Source of the DNA: Mustelus asterias
Lineage: Eukaryota
Assembly: GCF_964213995.1 (NCBI RefSeq)
Contig: NC_135802.1
Span: 42,842,001 to 42,906,000, forward strand
DNA length: 64,000 bases
Reading direction: 5' to 3'
Shown here one piece after another: positions 36,405 through 48,559 of this stretch; position 1 is the first letter of the stretch, and every line of letters starts with the position of its first letter. Made by a program: the position numbers and the translations under genes. The notes below the pieces were generated by a model that saw nothing but the letters and a program-made list of their open reading frames with translations, made no database searches and had not been told where the DNA came from.

Positions 36405-36668
36405 AAGCTGAGATGAGGGAGAATTTCTTCAGCCAGAGAGTGGTGAATCTGTGGAACTCATTGCCACAGAAGGCTGTGGAGGCCAGGTCATTAAGTGTTT
36501 TTAAGACAGAGATAGATAGGTTCTTGATCAGTAGGGGATCAAGGGTTATGGGGAGAAGGCAGAAGAATGGGGATGAGAAAAATATCAGCCATGATTGAAT
36601 GGCGGAGCAGACTCGATGGGCTAAATGGCCTAATTCCATTCTTATATCTTATGGTCTTATGGTCTATG
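36405..36668 (+). mobile_element. CR1 3' terminal fragment
   Basis: MRENFFSQRVVNLWNSLP; (tcttatgg)n tail. Confidence 0.9.
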
Positions 36669-37102
36669 ACATTGGTACCCAGGTGAATCAGGACTACTGA
36701 ATCCTCCCCAAGTTCCTCCCTGAGGAGATGTATTTAACCCTGACACCAACCTTTAAGACTCACATCCTCAGCTGCAGGGAATAATATTAACCTTTTAATT
36801 ATACTGTCCCATTCTACAACATCACTTTTTACTCTTCAACATGAATGGCTCGCTGCACCATAGTGCAATGGTCAGTTTCCTGATCCTTCCTGCAGCCCCT
36901 GCTCTCCTCGTGTTTCTCAAACTGATTGGGCAACTGCAAGGGCTGAGGCTCCTCTGTTGCTACATTTCTGGATCCCCATACGTGCCCAATTCAATCACAC
37001 TCTCCTATCCCTGACCACAGACCAAATCTGAAGTTACTAGTTTAAGGGGTGAGACTGCCTCCTGGAACAAAGCATTCAGGTAATTTTCCCTCTTTCTAAC
37101 AA

Positions 37103-37432
37103 TGGCATGGTAGCACAGTGGTTAGCACTGCTGCTTCACAGCTCCAGGGACCTGGGTTCGATTCCCGGCTTGGGTCACTGTCTGTGTGGAGTTTGCACAT
37201 TCTCCTCGTGTCTGCGTGGGTTTCCTCCGGGTGCTCCGGTTTCCTCCCACAGTCCAAAGATGTGCGGGTTAGGTTGATTGGCCATGCTAAAAATTGCCCC
37301 TTAGAGTCCTGAGATGCATAGGTTAGAGGGATTAGCGGGTGGATATGGGGGTAGGGCCTGGGTGGGATTGTGGTCGGTGCAGACTCGATGGGCCAAATGG
37401 CCTCTTTCTGCACTGTAGGGTTTCTATGATTC
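37103..37432 (+). mobile_element. Young HE1-like V-SINE
   Basis: A box tagcacagtgg, B box ggttcgattcc, V domain and CR1-like tail. Confidence 0.9.
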
Positions 37433-37496
37433 TCTGATGAAATAGCAATCTCTCAAGCTCAGACTCCAGTTCATCAACTCAAAGCTGAAATTCATT

Positions 37497-37667
37497 AAGT
37501 CTTCCCAGTACTGAATTTCCAAGTCTTCTCTACACTGAATTCTCAAGTCTTCCCTGTACTGAATCCTCAAGTCTTCCCTGTGCTGAATTCCCAAGTCCCC
37601 CTGCACTGAATTCCCAAGTCTCCCCCACACTGAATTCCCAAGTCTCCCCAGTACTGAATTCCCAAGT
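37497..37667. repeat. 24-bp minisatellite, about 7 copies (AAGTCTTCCCTGTACTGAATTCCC)
   Basis: Direct head-to-tail units with no unique spacers. Confidence 0.9.
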
Positions 37668-38559
37668 TAGATTTAAAGTAAGAAAATCTCACCAGAGAGG
37701 TTCCCACCTGCACCACATTCCCAAGTTAGCACTTGTATCTCATTGAACTGAGGCCTCCATCACACTCTGCATGTCCAGACTCTAACTAGTGAATGTTTAC
37801 AATCTAGACACCTGAATTGCAATGATATCATCCACAGATATTGTTATTTTACTAAGTGTGTTGCATTCTCTGTTAAATACTTATCAGGACTACTGTTGAT
37901 ACCTGCTTACAGGATACCTTGTTACCTTACAACATTGCCCCCCTGTGGTATTTTACTACAATAATCTTTGATAAGTGCTAGAATATTCTATTTTCCTTTT
38001 CCTGAGACTGGGATGGGCAAATTGAGCTGAAGAGGCCTACAGTGTATTATTAATGCAATAGCTTGATTGCAATTTCTGGATAATTCATATTCTGAGAGTC
38101 CTAAAAATGACACAAATTATCAGTGATGGTCTGTGGCCCATCAAGAGGTTATGCCTGTTCTGGTCACAGTATTTGATGGTGAAATTTTTCCACATATATT
38201 GTCTCCTTACTGATAACACTTGCATATACTTAATCCACGGGGCCCTGTAAATAAAAAAAGCCCTGGTTTATTTAAAATTTAATGGTGTGTTTTTTTAAAA
38301 CAGACTGATTTTATATCAATTTTTTAAAATGATTTGTTCCTATAATAAGTCACATAATATTTAAGTGTTTTAATTGGTGGGCAGCATTTAGAGGAAGATT
38401 CTATACCACTGGTATGTATAATACATGGAGCTTCAAGAAGGTTATGAACTTAATGATTAAAAATAGCATCAGATGGTCTGAATCAATTGATTGATATTCA
38501 AAACAGATGGTAACTTAGTCTAGGCTAAGTTCTATGAAAGGTCACTGCACTGCACTGCA

Positions 38560-38900
38560 GGGGTGGTATAGTGGTTAGCACTGCGCCAGGGACCCAGGTT
38601 CAATTCCAGTCTTGGGCCACTGTCTGTGTGGAGTTTGCACATTCTCCCCGTATCTGCATGGGTTTCTTCTGGGTGCTCTGGCTTCCTCCCACATTCCAAA
38701 GATGTGCAGGTTAGGTGGATTGGCCATGCTAAATTGCCCCTTAGTGTCCCAAGATCTGTAGGTTAGGGGAATTAGTGGGGTAAATGCATGGAGTTAAGGG
38801 GATAGGATGGGTGATCGAACTGGGTAAGTTGCTCTGTCGGAGAGTCAATGCAGACCCGATGGCCTGAATGGCCTCCTTCTGCACTGTAGAGATTCTATGA
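38560..38900 (+). mobile_element. HE1-like V-SINE
   Basis: Consensus head, core and tail. Confidence 0.85.
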
Positions 38901-38954
38901 TACTACAACAGAAGTACTTGATACTACAACTACTATGATACTACAACAGAGGTA

Positions 38955-39975
38955 GTTCCGGCTGGATGCCTGTGACTAGTGGTGTTCCGCAGGGCTCTGT
39001 ATTGGGACCTCTGCTGTTTGTGATTTATCTAAACGATCTGGAAGAAGGTGTAACTGGGGTGATCAGTAAGTTTGCGGACGACACAAAAATGGCTGGACTT
39101 GCAGATAGTGAAGAACATTGTCAGAGGCTACAGAAGGATATAGATAGGCTGGAAATTTGGGCAAAGAAATGGCAGATGGAGTTCAATCCAGATGAATGCG
39201 AAGTGATGCATTTTGGTAGAACTAACGTAGGGGGGAGCTATACGATAAATGGCAGAATCATAAAGGGTGTAGATACGCAGAGGGACCTGGGTGTGCAAGT
39301 CCACAGATCTTTGAAGGTGACGTCACAGGTGGAGAAGGTAGTGAATAAGGCATATGGCATGCTTGCCTTTATAGGACGGGGCATAGAGTATAAAAGTTGG
39401 GGTCTGATGTTGCAGTTGTATAGAACGTTGGTTCGGCCGCATTTGGAATACTGCGCCCAGTTCTGGTCGCCACACTACCAGAAGGACATGGAGGCTTTGG
39501 AGAGAGTGCAGAGGAGGTTTACCAGGATGTTGCCTGGTATGGAAGGGCTTAGTTATGAGGAGAGATTGGGTAAACTGGGGTTGTTCTCACTGGAAAGACG
39601 GAGGATGAGGGGTGACCTAATAGAGGTGTATAAAATTATGAAAGGCATAGATAGGGTGAACGGTGGTAAGCTTTTTCCCAGGTCGGTGGTGACGTTCACG
39701 AGGGGTCATAGGTTCAAGGTGAGGGGGGGGGGAGGTTTAACACGGATATCAGAAGGACGTATTTTACACAGAGGGTGGTGGGGCCTGGAATGCACTGCCG
39801 GGCAAGGTGGTGGAGGCAGACACACTGGGAACGTTTGAGACTTATCTAGATAGCCACATGAATGGAGTGGGAATGGAGGGATTCAAAAGAATGGTCTAGT
39901 TTGGACCAGGGAGCGGCGCGGGCTTGGAGGGCCGAAGGGCCTGTTCCTGTGCTGTATTGTTCTTTGTTCTTTGTT
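38955..39975 (+). mobile_element. 5'-truncated CR1 LINE
   Basis: [13 protein letters not shown]...FADDTK...RGDLIEVYK; frameshift in a G run near 39725; (ttctttg)n tail. Confidence 0.95.
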
Positions 39976-40234
39976 AGAACAAGCCTTTAAAAGTGAATGT
40001 CGGTTAAAAGGATTAAAGCATAATTTGAGCTGCCATTCAGATGTCAGACCCCTTCATTAGCATAGCTGCCAGTGTGATGGTGGGAGCTGATGATGCTAAT
40101 TATTCAAATGAACAAATCTCACAAATTGGCCATGGTGATTTTATTGTGCTGTGGGTGGATCACAGCTGACAATTCCCAGCACAAATTTTGATGGTCACAG
40201 AGACTATTTTCTTTTACATATTTGTTCAGAACCA

Positions 40235-40545
40235 TGGCACAGTAGCACAGTGGTTAGCACTGCTGCCGCACAGCACCAAGGACCCGGGTTCAAACCTCGG
40301 CTTGGGTCACTGTCTGTGTGGAGTCTGCATGTTCTCTCCGTGTCTGCGTGAGTTTCCTCCAGATGGTCCGGTTTCCTCCCACAGTCTGAAAGACGTGCTG
40401 GTTAGGTGCACTGGCCATGCTATATTCTCCCTCAGTGTACCCGAACAGGCGCCAGAGAGTGTTGACTAGGGGATTTTCACAGTAACCTCATTATGGTGTT
40501 AATGTAAGCCTACTTGAGACACTAATAAATAAACTTCAACTTTTA
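40235..40545 (+). mobile_element. V-SINE with type B tail
   Basis: HE1-like head and core plus gcctacttgagacactaataaataaact tail. Confidence 0.8.
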
Positions 40546-40816
40546 CTCTGCATTATCACTTTGCCCGGTTTATTGAATACCAAAGGTCCAAGGCATGAGG
40601 TAGAAATTACACTGGGCCCCAATTTTCACCTGACCTGCCCCATTCTTCAGGTGACCAAGTTGCTCTTTAACAAGTATTTGGGCTGGAGTATTCAAGAAGG
40701 ACTCTAACACTTGTTGTTGGGATGAGCCTAAAAAATGATCCCCAGTTTGACAGTGGGCCCGATGACTGCACTGCTTGGACACAGTTTCACTGCTAACTTG
40801 GCATGGTTAGCACCAA

Positions 40817-42040
40817 CTTACACCCAAAGAAAGATTTACGAGGATGTTGCCAGGACTCGTGGGCCTGAGTTACAAGGAGAGGTTGGTCAGGCTAGGACTT
40901 TATTCCTTGGAATGTAGGAGAATGAGGGGTGACTTTATTGAGGTGTATAAAATCATGAGGGGCATAGATAGGATTAATGCACATATGGGGCGATTCTCCC
41001 AGGAAACATCCGTGGAGGCCGTTTAACGGATTTCCCGTTGGGTGCCATGGGCTTCTGTGAGTCTCCAGGCACCATTTTAAGGCGCTGTCAGCTCTGTGCC
41101 AGAAATCGGCGCAGAGCTGTATAATTTATGCAAATCGGGATTTGCATCCCATTAGCGGGCCCAGGACTGAAGTCTCCGGGCCCGGTAGCCTACCTCCCTG
41201 GAGTGGAAACCCCATTCAATTGGGGTTTACTTCAGTTCCCCACTAGCGGGGAACTGGCGGCCTGACCCCGCTGGAGTGAAGGAGGGCCGAGGCCCCCAGG
41301 AGATCAGGGATAAGGGGGAGTGCCCCTTGGGCAGTGCCCAGGGGTCAGCCTGACTGCTGGTCCCCTGATACGTCTGGGGGGCCAGCGGTCAGGCCGTGGG
41401 TGGGTTGGAGGGGCAGCGTTACAGAGTTGTGGACTGGCCAGTGATCAAGCTGGCCAGCAATCGGGAGGCTGGTAATGCGGGATTACTGAGCATGCGCTGA
41501 TCTTGGCGCTGACAGATCGGTGCATGTGCAGTGGCCCACTCAGCGCTCTTTGGCAGGAATAGGCCCCACCCACTGATTTTTCATATAAATCGCTTTAGTG
41601 CACTCTGTAGTGTAGAGAGTGCGGGAGATTTGTTTTGAAAATCCTGGTGAAAAAATCAGCAGGAATTACTCCAGTTTTTACGCAAATTCGACACTTAGAA
41701 TCTTTTTTGGAGAATCCCACCCCCATAATCTTTTTCCCAGGGAAGGGGAATTGAAAACTAGAGGGCATATGTTTAAGATGAGAGGGGAAAGATTTAAAAG
41801 GTACCTGAGGGGCAATTTCCTCACGCAGAGAGTGGTGCGTATATGGAATGAGCTGCCAGAGAAAGTGCTTGAGGCAAGTAGAATAGCAACATTTAAAAAA
41901 CATTTGGATAAGTACATGGATGGGAAAGGATTAGAGGTATATGGGCTAAATGTGGGGAATTGGGACTAGCTGGGAGGGCACCATGGTCAACATGGACCAG
42001 TTGGGCCAAAGGGCCTGTTTCTGTGCTGTATTGCTCTATC
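40817..42040 (+). mobile_element. CR1 3' fragment split by a MITE
   Basis: RRMRGDFIEVYKIMRGIDRINAH|NLFPREGELKTRGH is rejoined when 40986-41723 is removed. Confidence 0.85.
40986..41723. mobile_element. About 740-bp non-autonomous DNA transposon (PIF/Harbinger-like)
   Basis: TIRs ggggcgattctcc / ggagaatcccacccc; CATA on both flanks; cleanly interrupts a CR1 reading frame. Confidence 0.8.
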
Positions 42041-42559
42041 AGTCTCTGTATGGCTATCAATTTCTAACCCAAAGTATTTAACAGGAAATAGACAGCTCCT
42101 AATCATTTAAACAAAGCCTAGAATTATTTATTACTGGGGACACAATTGAAATAAACTCATGATTTTGATATATTTCAGGAGAAATTAAAAGCATGCATTC
42201 AAAAATCTGTTTACTTCTTTTTATCTTGCAATGCTCTGTTCCGACAGTGGATGTCGCCAAGGGAGCTATTTAAATCTATATTCCTCAATTATTTTGTCAA
42301 AATCAATGTTAAATATTAAAAATGAGGCATTGTTACATTAATATTTATTCCAAATTGAATGCATTGTAGCAATTGGCTTGAAGCTATTTTCTTTTGAAAG
42401 GATTAGCATGTCGAACAATGTGCAAAGCACAGTCATGAATTATTGAAACATACTCAAACCAAAAGAGAAATAAAATATTTTGATAAATTTAAATGAACTA
42501 CATAGATTAGTCAGACAGAAAGTCTGTTCATGGAGATCACTTAAACAAGGCACACCTAC

Positions 42560-43145
42560 TGTTTCCCAGGCTGATTCCGGGGATGGCGGGACTGATGTAT
42601 GTGAAGAGATTGACTAGGTTAGGATGGTTTTCGCTGGAGTTCAGATGAATGAGGGGGGATCTCATAGAGACTCATAAAATTCTAACAGGACTAGACAGGG
42701 TAGATGCAGGGAGGATATTCCCGATGCTGGGGGAGTCCAGAACCAAGGGTCACAGTCTGAGGATTCAGGGTGGACCATTTAAGATGGAGGCAAGGAGACA
42801 TTTCTTCACCCAAAGAGTGGTGAGCCTGTGGAATCCATTACCACAGGAAGTAGTTGATGCCAAAATATTAAATGCATTCAAGAGGTGGCTGGATATAGCA
42901 CTTGGGGCAAATGGGATCAAAGGTTACGGGGAGAAAGCAGGATTAGGCTTTTGAGTTGGATGATCAGCAATGAGCATCCAAAGATGTGTGGTTTAGGTGG
43001 GTTGGCCATGCTAGATTGTCATTTAGTATCGGGAGAATAGCTACGGTAAAGTTATGGAGATAGGGCCTGAATGGGATCGCGGTTGGTGCAGACTCGAAGG
43101 GCCAAATGGCCTCCTCCTGCTCCTATCTTCTACGTTTCTATGTTT
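42560..43145 (+). mobile_element. CR1 3' fragment with an embedded V-SINE piece
   Basis: MRGDLIETHKIL...FFTQRVVSLWN. Confidence 0.85.
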
Positions 43146-43382
43146 TATTCTCAGACTTCCATTGCAGTACAATTAGCCACATCTGAAGATGGTACTTCAG
43201 TGTTTATCACTCAAAAATAAAAGGCCAAATTACTTTTAGTATTGTTTTCAGCCATTATTACCTATTTCTGCCATGTCCACTGAATCCCACTGATTCCATC
43301 CAACTGATCTCAAAGCAGGAAAATCTCCAATTTGTGAGCTGTAATCCATTGAATACAATAAGAAATCAACTTGGCTGTGATA

Positions 43383-43688
43383 ACATAGAATCCATAGAAT
43401 CCGGCAGTGCAGAAGGAGGCCATTCAGCCCATCAGGTCTGCACCAACTGCAATCCCACTCAGGCCCTATCCCCATAACTTTACCGCAGCTATTCCCCCTG
43501 ATACTAAATGGCAATTTAGCATGGCCAACCCACCTAACCCACACATCTTTGGACTGTGGGAGGAAACCGGAGGCAACCCACGCAGACACGGGGAGAACGT
43601 GCAGTCTCCACACAGACAGTGAACCAAGCCAGGAATCGAATCCGGGTCCCTGGTGCTGTGAGGCAGCAGTGCTAAGCATTGTGTCACC
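43383..43688 (-). mobile_element. HE1-like V-SINE
   Basis: Reverse consensus copy. Confidence 0.85.
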
Positions 43689-44689
43689 CAGATATGAGAA
43701 CAATGACATGATAGGTAAGTTGCAGCGTGAGAAACACAAAAACTGCAAAGGTAAACATAAATCAATTTTTAATACCTAACAGAAGAAACCAATTCCAAAA
43801 TAAATTCTACTAATTTTATTTCTTGGGGGACAGTTTTAAAGCATTGAGGTTTCACACAGCCCCGTGTCCATTGTCAAAGATACTGAACACGATTAAGAGC
43901 AACAGAATTTAAATGACCTCAGCAATTTCATTTCAGACAGATGTTTGAATACTCCATTGGTTCCAAAACGGATTTAAAATCTTTGTCGGAATTTTATTTT
44001 GCTGGTTTTCATCTCATTCAAGCCATACCCGCCTGTTTATTACAATACTGGGTCCACTGGCATTGCCCTCTGCTGAAATCCACTGAAACGCTCCGGTTGT
44101 GTTTGTCCTTACTTTGAACTTGAGTAAAGAGATAATATTTGCACAATGAGCAGCATTGTTGGCATACGTTTGTACTTAGTACAGAGTAGTACAGAGATGC
44201 AAGGGACAGAGAGATGAAAGAGAATGTATATTGTTACGACCAGCCGGAGGTGGGGTTCCCAAAAAGGTATTGATCTGGGTGGGACCCTGCAATTTGTCAC
44301 AGTCTGACTGGGATACCCTTTAATTGTCACAAACCCAGGTGGAAAGGGATGATTGTTCTACCAACCCTCTGCTGGTGGTAACAAAGGTTTAACCTAACAA
44401 AGTTTTTTTTTCCTTAGATATCTTTTCCAGACCCAATAGTTATGTTTAAAAAGGAACCAATTCAACCAGGCTTTCTTGAGTTAAGATAGAGTAAGTTTAT
44501 TAACTACTAAATGGTAAGGAGAAATGGTAAAACACATGCAGCTGTATTCATACGGATTAGAGATAAGAATTGAGTCCAGCAGGAAGTAAATATATTTTAA
44601 AAGTTATGCAGAACAGTCCCTGAGTTGGCTGCTACAATTGTTCTCCATATAGTTAGCTTCTGCTGGCAAACAATTGATTTGTTGGTTCA

Positions 44690-45028
44690 GGGGCGGCATG
44701 GTAGCACAGTGGTTAGCACTGCTGCTTCACAGCTCCAGGGACCTGGGTTCGATTCCCGGCTCGGGTCACTGTCTGTGTGGAGTTTGCACATTCTCCTCGT
44801 GTCTGCGTGGGTTCCCTCCGGGTGCTCCGGTTTCCTCCCACAGTCCAAAGATGTGCAGGTTAGGTTGATTGGCCAGGTTAAAAATTGCCCCTTAGAGTCC
44901 TAAGATGCGTAAGTGAGAGGGATTAGCGGGTAAATATGTGGGGGTAGGGCCTGGGTGGGATTGTGGTCGGTGCAGACTCGATGGGCCGAATGGCCTCCTT
45001 CTGCACTGTAGGGTTTCTATGATTTCTA
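44690..45028 (+). mobile_element. Young HE1-like V-SINE
   Basis: Near-identical to the 24514 and 37103 copies. Confidence 0.9.
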
Positions 45029-45503
45029 GGTGGCCTGTAGTTCGGTAGCTTGGTAGAGATTTCAGTTCTTTTCCAGCTGCAATCCTTCTGCTGGCTTATC
45101 AACTTTTACGGAGAGAGATGGAAAGAGAATTTTAGATGTTCCTGCAAAGTTGGTTATCTTTGCATGGACCCAGCCTCAGTTATTGTATTCTCATCAATGT
45201 GGCAAACTTTCAGCCACTTTTCTCAGAGCACACATACACACACAGACCGACAGACAAACAGAACCTCATAGGCTGGTAGCAAGCAGGCTATTAACCCCTA
45301 GATATATGTATTCCAAGAGGGTCGGAATATACTAACCTATCTCGGCCATAAAATCCAGTGTCTTGTCCCTTTGTCCATTCCAGAGATGGGAATCAGATTT
45401 TGGGTGGTTTTACAAGTACCTTGTCTGGAAGCACAGGGAGGAGTCCACTTTTCCTTTGAGAAACCCTCTCCAAGCAGCCACTCCTGTCATTGGCTGGTTG
45501 TAC

Positions 45504-45610
45504 CTTATAAGAAGTCTCACAAACACCAGGTTAAAGTCCAACGGGCTAACCTGGTGTTGTGAGACATCTTACTGTGCCCAACCCAGTCCAATGCCAGCAT
45601 CTCCACATCA
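45504..45610. mobile_element. Penelope pseudo-LTR fold-back insertion (family A)
   Basis: About 25-bp imperfect inverted repeat 45508-45533/45547-45571; 9-bp TSD tggttgtac (45495-45503, 45611-45619). Confidence 0.8.
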
Positions 45611-46112
45611 TGGTTGTACATTTTCAGCCACCTTCAGTGTCAGTGTCAATTTTTTAAAATATAAAACTCTCGTCTTCTTTTAAAATCTATGTATAATTTT
45701 AGGGTTTTTCTCCATCATTGTGAAAATATGAGTAAGATATACACACCATTGCCTGATGCCCAAATGTGCAGGACATCATTTCTCAATCATGACCGTGTAA
45801 ATCCAAAATTGCTCCAAGTGTACAAAGTACAAAGTACTCGAAAGGGCGAAGTAATATTAAGCAATGTGTATTTCACTTCTTTCAACAGACAGTTAAATTT
45901 ATGTAGGACTTTGTGTAAATTATTCAAATTATTTTTTGTCCTGGGCACTTCTACAAACACCAAAGGAATTCTCCTACCTGAGAGTTTTGAAGAAGTGGGA
46001 CACTTACAGAGCAATGTCAGGCTTGTCATATTCCCTCAGAAGTTCTCTGCACTCCCAGCCAGTAGCCTGTATCCACATTGGCAGAGACAGATAAAATTAT
46101 GACATTACTGTG

Positions 46113-47547
46113 AATGACGGTATTCACAGACATCTTCAACCTCTCTTTACAACAATTTGAGGTCCCTATCTGCTTCAAGAAGACGACCATCATCCCGGTA
46201 CCTAAGAAAAACCGAGCAGCGTGCCTTAATGACTATTGGCCAGTGGCTCTGACATCTTTCATTATGCTTCGAAAGGCTAGTCATGGCACGAATCAATTCC
46301 AGTCTCCTGGACTACCTGGATCCATCACAGTTTGCCTACCGCCGCAGCAGGTCCACAGCAGACGCCCATCTCCCTGGCCCTGTACTCAACCCTGGAACAC
46401 CTAGATAACAAAGACACCTATGTCAGACTCCTATTTATTGACTACAGCTCAACCTTCAACACCATTATTCCCACGAAATCCATCTCCAAACTCCATGGCC
46501 TGGGGTTCGGCACCTCCCTCTGCGACTGGGTCCTGAACTTCCTAACTCACAGACCACAATCAGTAAGGATAGGCAACAACATCTCCTCCACGATCATCCT
46601 CAACTCCGGTGCTCCACAAGGCTGTGTTCTCAGCCCTCTACTATATTCCTTATACACCTATGACTGTGTGGCCAAATTCCCCTCTGATTCAATTTTCGAG
46701 TTTGCTGACGACACCACTGTAGTGGGACGGATCTCAAACAATGATGAGACAGAGTACAGGAATGAGATAGAGAATCTGGTGAACTGGTGCGACAACAATA
46801 ATCTCTCCCTCAGTGTAAACAAAACGTAAGAGATTGTCATCGACTTCAGGAAGCGTAAAAAAGAACATGCCCCTGTCTACATCAATGGGGATGAAGTAGA
46901 AAGGGTCAAGAGCTTCAAGTTTTTAGGTGTCCAGATCACCAACAACCTGTCCTGGTCCCCCCATGCCGACACTATAGTTAAGAAAGCCAACCAACGCCTC
47001 TACTTTCTCAGAAGACTAAGGAAATTTGACATGTCAGCTACGACTCTCACCAACTTTTACAGATGCACCATAGAAAGCATTCTTTCTGGTTGTATCACAG
47101 CTTGGTATGACTCCTGCTCTGCCCAAGACCGCAAGGAACTACAAAATGTCGTAAATGCAGCCCAATCCATCACGCAAACCAGCCAGTGTTGACTCTGTCT
47201 CCACTTCCCACTGCCTCGGCAAAGCAGCCAGCATAATTAAGGACCCCACGCACCCTGGATGTTTTCTCTTCCACCTTCTTCTGTCTGGAAAAAGATACAA
47301 TAGTCTGAGGTCACGTACCAACCGACTCAAGAACAGCTTCTTCTCTGCTGCTGTCAGACATTTGAATGGACTTACCTTGCATTAAGTTGATCTTTCTCTA
47401 CACCCTAACTATGACTGTAACACTACATTCTGCACTCTCTCCTTTCCTTCTCTATGAACAGTATGCTTTGACTGTATAGCGCATAAGAAACAATACTTTT
47501 CACTGTATGCTAATGCATGTGACAATAATAAATCAAATCAAATCAAA
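46113..47547 (+). mobile_element. 5'-truncated Rex1/Babar-type LINE (RT, disrupted)
   Basis: [12 protein letters not shown]...[52 protein letters not shown]; (tcaaa)n tail. A 3' fragment of the same family lies at about 53032-53258. Confidence 0.85.
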
Positions 47548-48235
47548 GGCAATGGGGGCGATCTTACCCTCTCCTCCCGCCGGTCGATGGGCGGAGAGAG
47601 CTGGTAAGATCGCAAGATAGGTGAAAAATTTGTTTCGCGTCCGATTTCCTGCCTATCGCGATCTTACCGGGCCTGAATATCCAGCGAGATCAGCCTCACG
47701 TCCATAAAGGGCATGTGGCTGATTACAATATTTCAATATATTATAATATTTAGGTGATACTGGCTGAAAGAACATGTCAGCTTTCTCCAATTGGCTGTAT
47801 GCATCAAGATGCTACCAAATATTTATGTAGGCTCTGACAAAACTTCGCCATATCTTCACAAGATTCAAATCATGACAGGGGCAGATTCAGAGCACTGCCA
47901 TCTGCTGCAGAAATACTTAACTACCTTGCAGCACAGACCAGCATTCAGTGACTGTAACAATCAGTAGAGGCCTAGATTTTGGGTGTACCTCCTTACATGC
48001 AATGTCAACTTGTGAGGTTGACACTACAGATTGGCAAAATGGACATCCCTCCTAATAATAATCACCTCATGAGGCACAACCTGCCCATTAGTGGCAATCA
48101 AACAGAGTCAAGTGCTGGGCTGCCCTATCAATTGGCAGTCATGATGTGGAAATGCCGGCGTTGGACTGGGGTAAACACAGTAAGGAGTCTAACAACACCA
48201 GATTAAAGTCCAACAGGTTTATTTGGTAGCAAATG

Positions 48236-48272
48236 CCACTAGCTTTCGGAGCACTGCTCCTTCGTCAGATGG
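48236..48272 (-). ncRNA. Minimal type I hammerhead ribozyme motif (Penelope-associated)
   Basis: CCAT-CTGACGA-A-GGAGC-AGT-GCTCC-GAAA-GC-TA-GTGG: CUGANGA and GAAA core boxes, 5-bp stem II, AGCU palindromic stem III, UH site and 4-bp stem I. Activity untested. Confidence 0.65.
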
Positions 48273-48302
48273 AGTGGAAATCTGCTCCATCTGATTTCCA
48301 CA

Positions 48303-48339
48303 CCATCTGACGAAGAAGCAGCGCTCCGAAAGCTAGTGG
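48303..48339 (+). ncRNA. Minimal type I hammerhead ribozyme motif (one stem II mismatch)
   Basis: CCAT-CTGACGA-A-GAAGC-AGC-GCTCC-GAAA-GC-TA-GTGG. Confidence 0.55.
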
Positions 48340-48559
48340 CTTTTGCTGCCAAATAAACCTGTTGGACTTTAACCTGGTGCTGTTAGACTCCTTACTATCA
48401 ATTGGCTACAGACTCATAAGGTTCATTTTTGCCCGTTACATCTTCGCCCCTGGCAACCTTAGCAAAGGCTGCTAATCAGTTGTGTTGCCTTTTGCTACTC
48501 AGCTGACGTGTTTTCCAAACACTTCTTCTGAGTAAGAGGATGTTTTAATTGTGCCTTTT

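Larger units (their letters stand above)
32645..37780 (-). mobile_element. Long, heavily decayed CR1 LINE interrupted by SINEs and other inserts
   Basis: 3' UTR-like end at about 32650; relic peptide KEVATEMVDTLVVIFQNSLE...DWETANMTPLF (34253-34477); endonuclease-like and 5' segments toward 37.7 kb. Confidence 0.6.
48137..48394. mobile_element. Penelope pseudo-LTR fold-back insertion (family A) with two hammerhead motifs
   Basis: About 103-bp inverted arms 48179-48281/48293-48396; 12-bp TSD ctatcaattggc (48125-48136, 48395-48406). Confidence 0.88.

Noticed and set aside
37103-37175. tRNA genes at SINE heads
   Set aside because: A and B boxes are present but run straight into the SINE body; these are tRNA-derived SINE promoters, not tRNA genes.
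37497-37667. 24-bp repeat as a CRISPR array or coding repeat (ORF 37424-37630)
   Set aside because: Units are contiguous with no unique spacers and no cas genes, in a vertebrate context; it is a minisatellite inside a decayed CR1.
44231-45480. Possible long solo LTRs (also about 10975-11290 and 62140-63030)
   Set aside because: One TG or CA terminus looks LTR-like, but I could not find the matching end and TSD, so they are not called.
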